This document shows positions 50,219-60,000 of a stretch of DNA of 64,000 bases, one piece after another. The position numbers and the translations under genes were made by a program. The DNA comes from an uncultured Chthonomonadaceae bacterium (lineage in GTDB: Bacteria; Armatimonadota; Chthonomonadetes; Chthonomonadales; Chthonomonadaceae): NCBI GenBank assembly GCA_963835065.1, contig CAWIEK010000051.1, positions 32,001 to 96,000 on the forward strand. The letters are read 5' to 3'. Positions within the stretch are counted from its first letter, which is position 1. Every line of letters begins with the position of its first letter. The notes beneath the pieces are model-generated. The model ran no database searches, was not told where the DNA came from, and saw nothing but the letters and a program-made list of their open reading frames with translations.

Positions 50219-50247
50219 TTGACATAACTATCCTATTTTGATATAAT
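50219..50247 (+). promoter_or_regulatory. Consensus sigma70 promoter
   Basis: TTGACA-17 nt-TATAAT with extended TG. Confidence 0.8.
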
Positions 50248-50397
50248 GGGGATGCCTGTTCTATATACCGGCAGAACATTTCTAAAACCGGCGGAATGGG
50301 GAAGCGTCGCTTTTGCCGACAGCAGCGTTCAAAGCCGAACGACGATCCCACAAACCGACCGGTACGCGCTTTGCGCGCATCCCCGCAGGAGGATACA

Positions 50398-50982
50398 ATG
50401 ACTGACGACTTCGGGATTGACCCCGACAAAGTTTTCAAAAACGACGGTGATGGCAACCCGGCATTCTGGACGATTTTCCCCGATCACTTTCATGGCAAAG
50501 TGGTTGCCGCTCTGGTGACGGACACGGCGATTACGGCCAGCATTCAGGCGAAATTCAATGATCCCAATGATGATCAGAAGCGCCTGGAGGCCATAGACCA
50601 CATCAACAAGGCCACTGTCAACTGCATCGGACAGCACCTCTTCAATCAGCCGTTAAAGCCGGAAGCGGAGACTTTTTCCGTCTACAACCTGCTGACGACG
50701 GGAACCAAGAACGACATTGACACGATCATCGGCACTTCCGACGAGGACGGGAGTGGCAAGCCCAAAAACTTTCTCCTGCACAACGCCTTTGCGCAGAAGG
50801 ATACTCACGAGGTCATCGCCGTTGTGAGTCGGCAGGTTGGCCGCGCGCTCTTTCAGGCGTCCTTGCATCAGGCCGTCAAGAAGTTCTCCAATCCGCTTGA
50901 ATTCCTGAACACACTCAAAACCGCCTTAAAAGCCGAATTGAACAAGCGCCTCGGCGGCTTCTCTATTCCCGGCCTTGGCTAA
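50398..50982 (+). CDS. Hypothetical protein (194 aa)
   Basis: AGGAGG RBS, host-like codon usage, own promoter and terminator. Confidence 0.75.
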   Translation: MTDDFGIDPDKVFKNDGDGNPAFWTIFPDHFHGKVVAALVTDTAITASIQAKFNDPNDDQKRLEAIDHINKATVNCIGQHLFNQPLKPEAETFSVYNLLTTGTKNDIDTIIGTSDEDGSGKPKNFLLHNAFAQKDTHEVIAVVSRQVGRALFQASLHQAVKKFSNPLEFLNTLKTALKAELNKRLGGFSIPGLG

Positions 50983-50994
50983 ACTCCCTGTGTA

Positions 50995-51045
50995 AGAGAG
51001 CCGTGTCTTGCGCAATCCGTAACCGCAAGACAACGGCTCTTTTTT
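50995..51045 (+). terminator. Intrinsic terminator
   Basis: agagccgt-gtcttgcg...cgcaagac-aacggctct stem followed by a T-run. Confidence 0.75.
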
Positions 51046-51298
51046 CATGCGCCGCAAATCGTTGTTCAGCAGGCATACAGCCCACTTTGTGAAAAAATGT
51101 TCAGAGTCGCAATGCAGTGTTGATTTCATGCGTAGGGATAGGTATACTCTTGCTCAAAGCGCCGCTTTAGAGCCTCTCCCGCCAGGCGCGGCATTTGCGT
51201 CCGCAGGACGCTTGTACTTTCCTGCCGGGGATTGCAAAGCCCCGGCAAATTGGAAAAGGCGTTCGCTTTGAGCTGATTTATGCAGGAAAGAGGGCAGC

Positions 51299-52759
51299 AT
51301 GGCCTACGCCGACTTTCAAGATTTTCTCAACAAGCTGGAACGCGCCGGCGAACTGAAGCGCATTGCCCTGCCCGTTGATCCCTATCTGGAGATTACGGAA
51401 GTGGCGGATCGCGTGATGAAAATGCCGGATGGCGGCCCCGCCCTGCTGTTTGAACACCCTACCGGCAAAAACATCCCCCTCGCTATCAACGTTTTCGGGT
51501 CGCGCAAGCGCATGAGCATGGCGCTAGGCGTTCCTGACATTGAAGACATCGCCTGCGAAATCGAAGACCTGCTCAAGCCCGAAGTGCCGTCCGGCGGCCT
51601 GCTCGGAGCCGCCCGCGAGTTCTGGCCCAAACTGCAAACCCTGCTCAAAGTGCCGCCCCGCCACGACAAGGGGAGCGGCAGGTGTCAGGAAGTGGTTCAA
51701 TTGGGCGACGACGTTGATCTGGACAAACTTCCCATTCTGCACTGCTGGCCGCAGGATGGCGGGCGCTACATCACGCTGCCCCTTGTGTTCACGAATGACC
51801 CGAACACGGGCAAGCGCAACGTCGGCATGTACCGCGTTCAGGTGTTCGACAAGCGCACAACGGGCATGCACTGGCAGATGCACAAGGTTGGCGCGGAACA
51901 TGCGCGGGGTTACGAGGCCAAAAAGCAGAAGATTGATGTGGCGATTGTGCTTGGCGGCGACCCGGCTCTCACGTATGCCGCCACCGCGCCCCTTCCGCCC
52001 GGCATTGACGAAATGCTGTTTGCGGGTTTTCTGCGCAAAAGTCCTGTACACCTGGTGAAAGCCAAAACCGTTGACATCGAGGTTCCCGAAGACGCCGAGT
52101 TTGTCATTGAAGGACAGATTGACCCCACTGAGCGCCGCATGGAAGGACCGTTCGGCGACCATACCGGCTATTACTCGCTGGCCGATATGTACCCCGTCGT
52201 TCACGTCACGGCAATCACGCACCGGCGCAGTCCCGTGTATCCCTGCACCATTGTCGGCCCGCCCCCGATGGAAGACGGCTGGCTCGGCAAGGCGACGGAG
52301 CGCTTGTTTTTGCCCCTGCTGCGCCTGACCCTGCCCGAAGTCGTGGACATGAACCTCCCCGTCGAGGGCATTTTCCACAACATTGCCCTGATTTCTATTA
52401 AGAAGCGGTATCCCGGCCACGCCTTCAAAGTCATGCACGCGCTGTGGGGATTGGGACAGGCGATGTTCACCAAAATGATTTTCGTATTCGACGCCGATGT
52501 GGACGTGCAGAACGTAAAAGAATGTTTATGGCGATTGGGCAACAACATTGACCCCGAACGCGATATGCAGCTTGTGCGCGGCCCGGTTGACGTGCTGGAC
52601 CATGCCAGCCGTTCCCTCGGTTTCGGTTCTAAAATCGGCTTCGACTGTACGCGCAAACTGCCCGCCGAAGGCTTCGAGCGCGAATGGCCGGACGTAATCA
52701 CGATGGATGCGGAAGTCAAAACGCGCATAGACGCGCTGTGGAGCAAGTTAGGGCTTTAA
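51299..52759 (+). CDS. ubiD: UbiD-family menaquinone biosynthesis decarboxylase (MqnL-like)
   Basis: GPALLFE, NVGMYR, EGPFGDHTGYY, PPMED, KKRYPG motifs. Confidence 0.95.
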   Translation: MAYADFQDFLNKLERAGELKRIALPVDPYLEITEVADRVMKMPDGGPALLFEHPTGKNIPLAINVFGSRKRMSMALGVPDIEDIACEIEDLLKPEVPSGGLLGAAREFWPKLQTLLKVPPRHDKGSGRCQEVVQLGDDVDLDKLPILHCWPQDGGRYITLPLVFTNDPNTGKRNVGMYRVQVFDKRTTGMHWQMHKVGAEHARGYEAKKQKIDVAIVLGGDPALTYAATAPLPPGIDEMLFAGFLRKSPVHLVKAKTVDIEVPEDAEFVIEGQIDPTERRMEGPFGDHTGYYSLADMYPVVHVTAITHRRSPVYPCTIVGPPPMEDGWLGKATERLFLPLLRLTLPEVVDMNLPVEGIFHNIALISIKKRYPGHAFKVMHALWGLGQAMFTKMIFVFDADVDVQNVKECLWRLGNNIDPERDMQLVRGPVDVLDHASRSLGFGSKIGFDCTRKLPAEGFEREWPDVITMDAEVKTRIDALWSKLGL

Positions 52760-52760
52760 A

Positions 52761-52829
52761 GGACTTTCACCAAAATGAGTGTTCCGGTCGCAGACCGGCC
52801 AGAGTGAACGTTTATTTTGGTGAAAGTCC
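52761..52829. repeat. Long hairpin immediately after ubiD
   Basis: 16-bp perfect stem GGACTTTCACCAAAAT, extending to 24 bp with 3 G-T pairs. Confidence 0.85.
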
Positions 52830-52871
52830 CTGACAGGAGTTTGCGGCAGAATTGCGCGATGAAGCGAGGGT

Positions 52872-52900
52872 TTGCCTGACGGACGTTTATTTGGTACAAT
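52872..52900 (+). promoter_or_regulatory. Putative sigma70 promoter
   Basis: TTGCCT-17 nt-TACAAT with extended TG. Confidence 0.5.
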
Positions 52901-52935
52901 AAACCAAGAAAAACTCATAAGCAGCCAATAATGGT

Positions 52936-53577
52936 TTGAAGACCATCACCGAATCGCGCCCATTCTGGAGCAACACTGTGGCAGAGGAAGACCCAAAGGA
53001 ACAACCGCAACTATCGCCCGCCGGCTTTTGTGACAATCCCCTTTTCGATGTCAATATGCGGTGGGGAGCGCAGCCTGTCCACCTGACCGCGTATCGCTGT
53101 ACGCAGCTGCCGCAGGATGCGCCTACCACGTCCGTGCATATCGTGGCGTTTCATGGCGGGCGCGTCCTGGTTGTATGCGACCGCAAGGGCATTTTCGGCT
53201 TTCCCGGCGGACGCCTGGAAGGGTGCGAAACCTGTGACGAAGCGCTGCGGCGCGAGTGTTACGAGGAAGCGCGCGCCCATCTGGAACCGAATTACCGGCT
53301 TTTCGCGGCCATCAAAATCGAATACGCGGAACGGCTGCCCAACCGGGTGTACACCCGCGATTACAGCTATCTCGGCATGTACGTGGGCATGGTTCGCGCC
53401 CTGTCTCCCATCGGTAAAGACCCCGCAGGCGTGGTCATGTCCCGCGATCTGTTCACCTACGCCGACTGCAAGCAGCATCTTCTTAACCAGGATATGATAC
53501 TGCTGCACGAAGCCTATATCCACCTGATTAAAACGTCGCGCGGCTGCACGTCCGCCCATTCCTTTATGGAACGATAA
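52936..53577 (+). CDS. NUDIX hydrolase (start uncertain)
   Basis: Nudix box PGGRLEGCETCDEALRRECYEEA. Confidence 0.85.
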   Translation: MKTITESRPFWSNTVAEEDPKEQPQLSPAGFCDNPLFDVNMRWGAQPVHLTAYRCTQLPQDAPTTSVHIVAFHGGRVLVVCDRKGIFGFPGGRLEGCETCDEALRRECYEEARAHLEPNYRLFAAIKIEYAERLPNRVYTRDYSYLGMYVGMVRALSPIGKDPAGVVMSRDLFTYADCKQHLLNQDMILLHEAYIHLIKTSRGCTSAHSFMER

Positions 53578-53619
53578 ACCGGCTATCGGGTAAGGAGCTT
53601 TCCGGGGTATATTAGTTTT

Positions 53620-54558
53620 GTGACCAGACGATATGGAGTTATTGATATAGGAACGCGGGGCGTCCGCCTTTTAATTGCGGATGCGTCCGGCGACGGCACG
53701 ATGCGCCCGCTAGTTTCGGAAGGCGATCTTGGCACACTGGGCGCCGGCATGGACAGCAACGGGCTGCTAAGCGTGGAGTCTATGCGGCATGTCGTATCGC
53801 TTGCGCAAAAGTACCGGGTTCAATTCGTCAGGCATCAAGTCGAGAAAAGCGTTGTTGTGTGTACGCAGGCCGTTCGCAACGCGCGCAATGCCGAAGAATT
53901 TATTCACGATCTGCGACAGGTGATTGCCAACGTTGTTGTCCTCACGCCGGAACAAGAGGCGCAGTATTCGTTTCAAGCGGCTTTTCTGGCATTTCAGGAT
54001 CGTATCGGATTAGACGACAGGTTTCTGGTGGTAGATCAGGGCGGCGGCAGCGTGGAACTCTCGTCTGGCCGACACTCCACGCCGCCCATTTATACGTCTT
54101 TGCCCATCGGAACCGTTGCTCTCACTGCCGCGCTGCTGGATGCCCCCTCCCTGCCGGAAGGCTACTGCCGGGTGGATGAGATCATTTATGAGGCGCTGGA
54201 AACCAATCGCGCGCTGGATGTTCTGCACCGCGAAACACCGGCTTTTATTTTCGGCATGGGCAGCGCGATCCGAAAACTGGGCGAAGCGCTGGCGCGTACA
54301 AAGAATGTGCATGGCTATGCGATAACGGCCCTGGACATCGCCGAGTGTATCGCTTTTGTACAGGATCAGTTTGGCAGGGCACACGCCGAAAACGCCCATT
54401 CTCCCCTGCAAATAAACAACGATTTTCTGACAACCGCGTGTGGACTGCTGACGTTTCATCATGTGCTGCAAAAATACGGCGGCGGCGAAGTGATTATGAG
54501 TCTGGAAGGACTGCGGCACGGCGTTTTGCGTTCGCTGGCGATGGAAGATGCAGCATAA
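53620..54558 (+). CDS. Ppx/GppA-family phosphatase (ASKHA domain only)
   Basis: IDIGT, TQAVRNARN, EQEA, DQGGGSVE, GLRHG. Confidence 0.88.
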   Translation: MTRRYGVIDIGTRGVRLLIADASGDGTMRPLVSEGDLGTLGAGMDSNGLLSVESMRHVVSLAQKYRVQFVRHQVEKSVVVCTQAVRNARNAEEFIHDLRQVIANVVVLTPEQEAQYSFQAAFLAFQDRIGLDDRFLVVDQGGGSVELSSGRHSTPPIYTSLPIGTVALTAALLDAPSLPEGYCRVDEIIYEALETNRALDVLHRETPAFIFGMGSAIRKLGEALARTKNVHGYAITALDIAECIAFVQDQFGRAHAENAHSPLQINNDFLTTACGLLTFHHVLQKYGGGEVIMSLEGLRHGVLRSLAMEDAA

Positions 54559-54588
54559 GTCCGTAATGGGGCATAAGTATTTCCGATT

Positions 54589-55200
54589 ATGAGCAGACAA
54601 ACCACCGGCAGGTTAGTGGTTGCTATCACGGGGGCGAGTGGAGCGCCTTATGCCCTGCGCTTCTTGCAGGAAGCCACGCGCCATTATCAGGAGATTTATG
54701 TCGCGCTCTCCGATCAGGCGTATCAGGTGATCGGCGTGGAAACCGGGCGCGGCATTACGGCGCAAAACATTTCTACAAAATCGCTGCTTGGTTTTGACAG
54801 CGACGTAATTCGCTTCGTGGACAAAAAAGACTATTTTTCGCCGCCTGCCAGTGGCTCGTTTCGGCACGACGGCATGGTGATTGTCCCTTGTTCGATGGGA
54901 ACGGCCGCGCGCATTGCGCACGGCATCAGCGACGACTTGATTACCCGCGCCGCCGATGTGTGTTTGAAAGAGCGCCGCCCGCTGATTCTGGTTCCGCGCG
55001 AAACGCCCTGGAACCTGGTGCATTTGCGCAACATGACGCAGCTTGCCGAAGCCGGCGCGACCATTCTGCCCGCCGCCCCCGGCTTTTACCACAAGCCGCA
55101 ATCGCTTGACGACCTTGTAGATTTTATTGTCGCCCGCATTCTGCAGCAGCTCGGCATCGAGCAGAAACTAACGTTGCAGTGGCAGTACGAAGAAAGTTAA
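54589..55200 (+). CDS. ubiX: Flavin prenyltransferase UbiX
   Basis: ITGASG, ASGS, PCSMGT, RAADVCLKERR, RETP, PGFY. Confidence 0.96.
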   Translation: MSRQTTGRLVVAITGASGAPYALRFLQEATRHYQEIYVALSDQAYQVIGVETGRGITAQNISTKSLLGFDSDVIRFVDKKDYFSPPASGSFRHDGMVIVPCSMGTAARIAHGISDDLITRAADVCLKERRPLILVPRETPWNLVHLRNMTQLAEAGATILPAAPGFYHKPQSLDDLVDFIVARILQQLGIEQKLTLQWQYEES

Positions 55201-55268
55201 TGATGAGTGCTGAGTGATGAGTGCTGAATGGGAATTCTATTCACCACTCAGCACTCATCATTCATCAC
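55199..55268. repeat. Inverted heptamer-repeat hairpin between ubiX and ubiA
   Basis: AATGATGAGTGCTGAGTG (55199-55216) pairs with CACTCAGCACTCATCATT (55245-55262). Confidence 0.85.
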
Positions 55269-55281
55269 TACTGGCAACACC

Positions 55282-56160
55282 ATGACCGCTTTCACCCGCA
55301 ACACCCGCCTGATATTGGAGATGGTGAAGTTCGAGCATACGATCTTTGCCATGCCGTTCGCGCTGATTGCCGCGCTGTTGGCGGCCCGACACGCGCCGCA
55401 TGGATTGCAGGCCGGGATAGTATTGTGGATTGTTATGGCAATGGTCGGGGCGCGGAGCGCGGCAATGGCTTTCAATCGGCTTGCCGACGCGGAAATAGAC
55501 CGCGCCAATCCCCGCACCGCCACGCGCCATATTCCCGCCGGGCTGTTGTCCCGCGTTCAGGTTGGGGCATTTCTGCTGTGCAGCGTTATCGTGTTTGAAC
55601 TCGCCGCGTGGGAATTAAATCCGCTTTGTTTGTATCTGTCGCCGGTTGCCCTGCTTGCCGTTTTGGGTTACTCCTATACCAAACGGTTCACAAGCCTGTG
55701 CCATTTGTTTCTCGGCTTCGCTATCGGCATTGCGCCCATCGGGGCGTGGATTGCCGTTTTGGGAAGATTGGACATCGTTCCCCTGCTTCTCGGCCTCACC
55801 GTAATGCTGTGGATCGGCGGCTTCGACATCATTTACGCGCTGCAGGATTATGATTACGACTGTAGCGCTGCCCTGTTTTCCCTGCCAAAGCGCCTGGGCA
55901 AAGCCAACGCCCTGCGCGTGTCCCGCCTGATGCACTTCGCAGCCGTCAGTTTATTGTTTACCATCGGCGTTTTGTCCGGTCTCCACCTGCTTGCTTTCAT
56001 CGGCATCGGCATTGCCGCCGCCCTGATTGCCTGGGAGCAGAGTCTCGTCAAGCCCGACGACCTTTCCCGCGTCAATCTCGCGTTCTTCACGCTCAACGGT
56101 TGGGTCAGCGTGAGTTTGTTTGTGTTTGTGTTGCTGGACAAAGTAGTGAGTAGCCAGTAG
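55282..56160 (+). CDS. ubiA: UbiA-like polyprenyltransferase (MqnP-like)
   Basis: KFEHTIFA, NRLADAEIDRANPRT, YSYTKR, FDIIYALQD. Confidence 0.93.
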   Translation: MTAFTRNTRLILEMVKFEHTIFAMPFALIAALLAARHAPHGLQAGIVLWIVMAMVGARSAAMAFNRLADAEIDRANPRTATRHIPAGLLSRVQVGAFLLCSVIVFELAAWELNPLCLYLSPVALLAVLGYSYTKRFTSLCHLFLGFAIGIAPIGAWIAVLGRLDIVPLLLGLTVMLWIGGFDIIYALQDYDYDCSAALFSLPKRLGKANALRVSRLMHFAAVSLLFTIGVLSGLHLLAFIGIGIAAALIAWEQSLVKPDDLSRVNLAFFTLNGWVSVSLFVFVLLDKVVSSQ

Positions 56161-56263
56161 TCAGTAGTCAGTAGCTGTCCTACTCCCTGCTTCTTTACTT
56201 GTCAAAACTCTGAATAACGCGGCATTCTCTACTGACTACTGACTACTGGCTACTCACTACTTT
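56140..56263. repeat. Perfect 35-bp inverted repeat built of AGTAGTC heptamers
   Basis: 56140-56174 is the exact reverse complement of 56229-56263. Confidence 0.95.
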
Positions 56264-56264
56264 C

Positions 56265-57056
56265 ATGCGAATTGGCAGCGTACCCTATCTCAATGCAAAG
56301 CCGCAGGTGGATTGGTTTCACAGTTCCGACTGTGACGCGGAGGCCGCGCTGACGTATGCCGTTCCCTCGCGGCTGGCGGAAATGCTGCGCGCGGACGAGT
56401 TGGACGTTGCCAACGTCAGCATTTTCGAGGCATTGCAAAATCCCGAATTGGTGATTGTGCCCGGCATCAGCATTTCCGCGTATCGCGCCGTGAAAAGCGT
56501 CCGCTTGTTTTCCCGCGTCCCGATGGAGCAGATACAATCCGTCGCGCTGGACACCAGCAGCCTGACTTCCAACGCCCTGCTGCAAATTCTGCTCCGCGAG
56601 TCATTTGGCCTGTCGCCCCGTTATATTCACCACGCGCCCGATTTAGACGCCATGCTTGCCCAATGCGACGCCGGCTTAATCATCGGGGATTTGAAGCTGT
56701 TCGACCTGATGCCCGGAACGGTTGTGTACGATCTTGGGCAGGGCTGGCATGACCTGACCGGCTTGCCGTTCGTGTATGCCTGCTGGCTTGCGCGCGAAGA
56801 TCGTATCTCAGAGGAAATGACTCAGATTTTAACGGCTGCCAAAAAGTGGGGCTTGTCCCGGCTGGAAGAACTGGCGGTAAAGTGGTCTGCCATCCTGAAC
56901 CTGCCTTTAGATCGCTGCCTCGATTATCTCATTCACGTCATGAACTACGACCTGACGCCCGAACAAATGGAAGGGTTGCGCCTGTACCAGCAAAAATGCT
57001 TTGCGCATGGCCTGATACCTGCCCTCCATCCCCTCCGCTTTCCTAATCATGAATGA
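56265..57056 (+). CDS. mqnA: Chorismate dehydratase MqnA (futalosine pathway)
   Basis: RIGSVPYLNAKP, VKSV, SSLTS, LIIGD, TGLPFVYACW. Confidence 0.92.
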   Translation: MRIGSVPYLNAKPQVDWFHSSDCDAEAALTYAVPSRLAEMLRADELDVANVSIFEALQNPELVIVPGISISAYRAVKSVRLFSRVPMEQIQSVALDTSSLTSNALLQILLRESFGLSPRYIHHAPDLDAMLAQCDAGLIIGDLKLFDLMPGTVVYDLGQGWHDLTGLPFVYACWLAREDRISEEMTQILTAAKKWGLSRLEELAVKWSAILNLPLDRCLDYLIHVMNYDLTPEQMEGLRLYQQKCFAHGLIPALHPLRFPNHE

Positions 57057-60000
57057 ATGTGAATAGACAAATGCGCGTACCAACCTCACTTTTTCTACTT
57101 CTGTGCGCGTGGAGCGTGTTTCTGCCGGCAGGGGCGCAGGAAAAAGCAAGTTCCGTACCTGCGCCTGCTTTTCAGCCTGTTTTGAAACAGTGGCGGACTG
57201 CGGGCGGGACGTGGCATGTCAAAGCAGAAGCGGGGCAGGATAGTCTTATAGGGGAAGTGGCGGAAACCACACGCGGTTTTGCCGTTGCCGAAGATGCGCC
57301 ATTTTCCCAATTGCAAACGCTGGAAACCACGCTTACGCCGACAAAACACATTGGCGCAAGCTGGAGCGCGGGCGGGCTGTGCGCGTACCGTGACCTGGCA
57401 AACTACTGGCGGCTGGCGCTGGTGGAAAGTCCCGACGGCGCCGGGCGTTATGCGGAATTGACGCTGCTGCGGGATGGGCAGGGCGTGGGTGAGCAAACCC
57501 TGCGCGTTCTCAGCCGTTCCGAACAAACGCTTAATTGGAAGTGGAATACCGCGTATCGTCTTCGATTGACGCTTGCGCCGGATTCTATTATGGGTGAGGC
57601 GCTTGACTCGTCGGGCGTACTGTTGTGGCATATTGCCTACTCTTTGGAGGATGCTTCCCTGCTGCATGTCGGCTGGCCTGCGGTTGGCGTACAGGGGATG
57701 CAGGCCGCTTTCGGACGCGCGCAGCAGCGCATACCCACAACCGGACTGGATGCGCAAACTGTTGACTGCAAAATGCTGCAGGAGCGCGTTTCTGCTCCCC
57801 ATTGGCTCAGTCTGCCGGACAGCCGCCTCGTTATCAATCCTACGATGTCGTCTGCGCCTGCCGTGCCGCCTTCCCTCGCGCCCTCCCTGCCTCTGAACCT
57901 CGCGTATTATGTCGGGGAAACGCCCTCGCGCCTGCCCTGTTTTTGGGCGTGGCAGGCAAACGCGCAAAACGCGCCGCCGGTTACGGTTACGACTGGTCCC
58001 GCCGCCGATTTTACGCCTGCCGCGTCCGCGCATTGGACAGGTGAACGGGCTATCGCGCGTTTTGCAAACGGACAACTGCGGCTTTCCGTCGCAAGCGTCC
58101 CGTTCGGGTCGCTGACAACGGAAACAGTTGTCGATTTAGAGCAGACGCCGTTTCTGCTGGCGCAGGTTCCGCGCTGCGCGGGGCAATGGGCGCTGAAAGT
58201 AAATTCGGGACAGCAGGCCACAGACACCTACGTGCAGGCGGATACCTCCCAAACCGGAAACTTTTGCTACGACCTGCGCGCGCTGACCGGCTGGCACGGC
58301 AAACGCGCGTTCAAACTGATTTTGTTCGTCATCGGCCTCAAGGACAGCAGCGCGACCTTCAGCAGCCTGCGCTTTGCCGGAACCCGCGACACGCTGCCCG
58401 CGCTCACGTCACAGGAAACGCTCTGGTTCCCGCACCAGATTACTACGCAGGCGCGTACAGCCGACGGCGATATGCAGGCGGATAGTACGATCGGGCTTGC
58501 CGACGCGCAGACCGTTGTTCAAAAACTGCATATTCGGCGAGCAAACGCGCAGTCGCTGGTTTTGACCGGGCAAATCGGGTCGGGAACGGCGCATTGGGAT
58601 GAGGCGCGGCGGATGCTGATTGTGGAAGGGGAAGGCTATCGCGCCGTGATTGCCCCAAGCCGCGCCGCGCGCTGGCTTGGCGGGTTCGCGTCCGGGCTGG
58701 AGCGGCTGGCAGGGCGCAACGGACTGCCAACGGTTCCCGCCAATGGCGTATGGGCGCTTGCCTTTGACAATGTGCAGACAGGCGAAGACATTAGCGTTGC
58801 GGCCCGATTTGCGCCTGTCGGCGACAATGCGCAAAGTGGATTGACGGAGTTGATGAACGCCACAACGCCGTTCGCCACCACGCAGGGAGTAACTTCCGCA
58901 CTGGACGCGCAGGCGGAAGCGTGGAACCAACGCCTGAACAGCGTCCCGCACCCGCTTGATTTTACCCTGCGCGCGCTGGAGGCGCGGGGCGCGACTCCAC
59001 AGGCGATACGGCGCACTTATTACAAAGCGTGGGTGTTCCTGTTCGCCAACATTCTGCCCCCACTGCCCGAAAATGGGTTTCCGTACCCGCAGATGCCGTG
59101 CGGCAAAGCCTCGCTGTGGGATGAAGGCGCAACTCATGCCCGCGCTTCCTCGCAATGGGAAAGCTTTATCGCCATGCAGTTCGCCGCCCGTGTCGCGCCG
59201 GATACGGCATGGCAAGCCTACGAGGGATTGCTGTCTCTTGTCGCGCCGGATGGTTCATTGGGCGGAGAAGGGCTGCCGTCGCGCCATGCCGAAACCGCGT
59301 GGATTTTGTATGCGGCGACGGGAGATAAAGCGCGGCTGTCAAAAACCTATCCCGCCCTGAAACGCCTGCTGCTCTGGAAAGCCGCCAATCCCCGCTGGCT
59401 GTACAAGGGTTCCACGCCGCCCGACGAGAAAGATTCCGAATTTGTGGTTCACGCCCTGATGGACATGCGGTACGCGCAGCGCATTGCGGATGTCCTGAAT
59501 ATGCCTGATGAAACCATCTTCTGGCAAAATCAGATTACCGCGCTTTCCGCCGATTACCACAAATGGTTTTGGACCCGAACCGACGGCCCAAGCGAACATA
59601 CGTACCGCCTGTTCCGGGCGTCTGCCGGCAAGCGCGAGGAGCCGGATCGCTCGTGGAACCTGCAGGGATTGGTACTGCCGCCCGCCCTGCTGACAGCCGG
59701 GGAGCGCGACACGTTTTTGCGCCTGTTTCGCGCATCCCTCAACCGCGCAACGCCGTTTCTCATCGGGCAGTTGGCCGGGTTTCCCAAGTACAACTTTACG
59801 CAGCGCGGCGTGTGGCAGTATGGAACGCCGGATGAGGCCGCGCTGATGGCCGAATCCGCCCTGCGCGATGTTACGCTGGCCGGGCAATTTTCAGAAAACT
59901 ACTTCCAGAACTTCCCGCCCGCGCCCACCGGCGTCACGCCCTCCATCTTCGGCGCGGCGCAAATACTGGATGGCGGATTATGGCACAACGGCGTAATCGG

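Noticed and set aside
16567..51316. 20-nt identity GCATGGCCTACGCCGACTTT at the starts of the 16569 gene and ubiD
   Set aside because: Both families naturally begin MAYxDF and the similarity stops there; likely coincidence.
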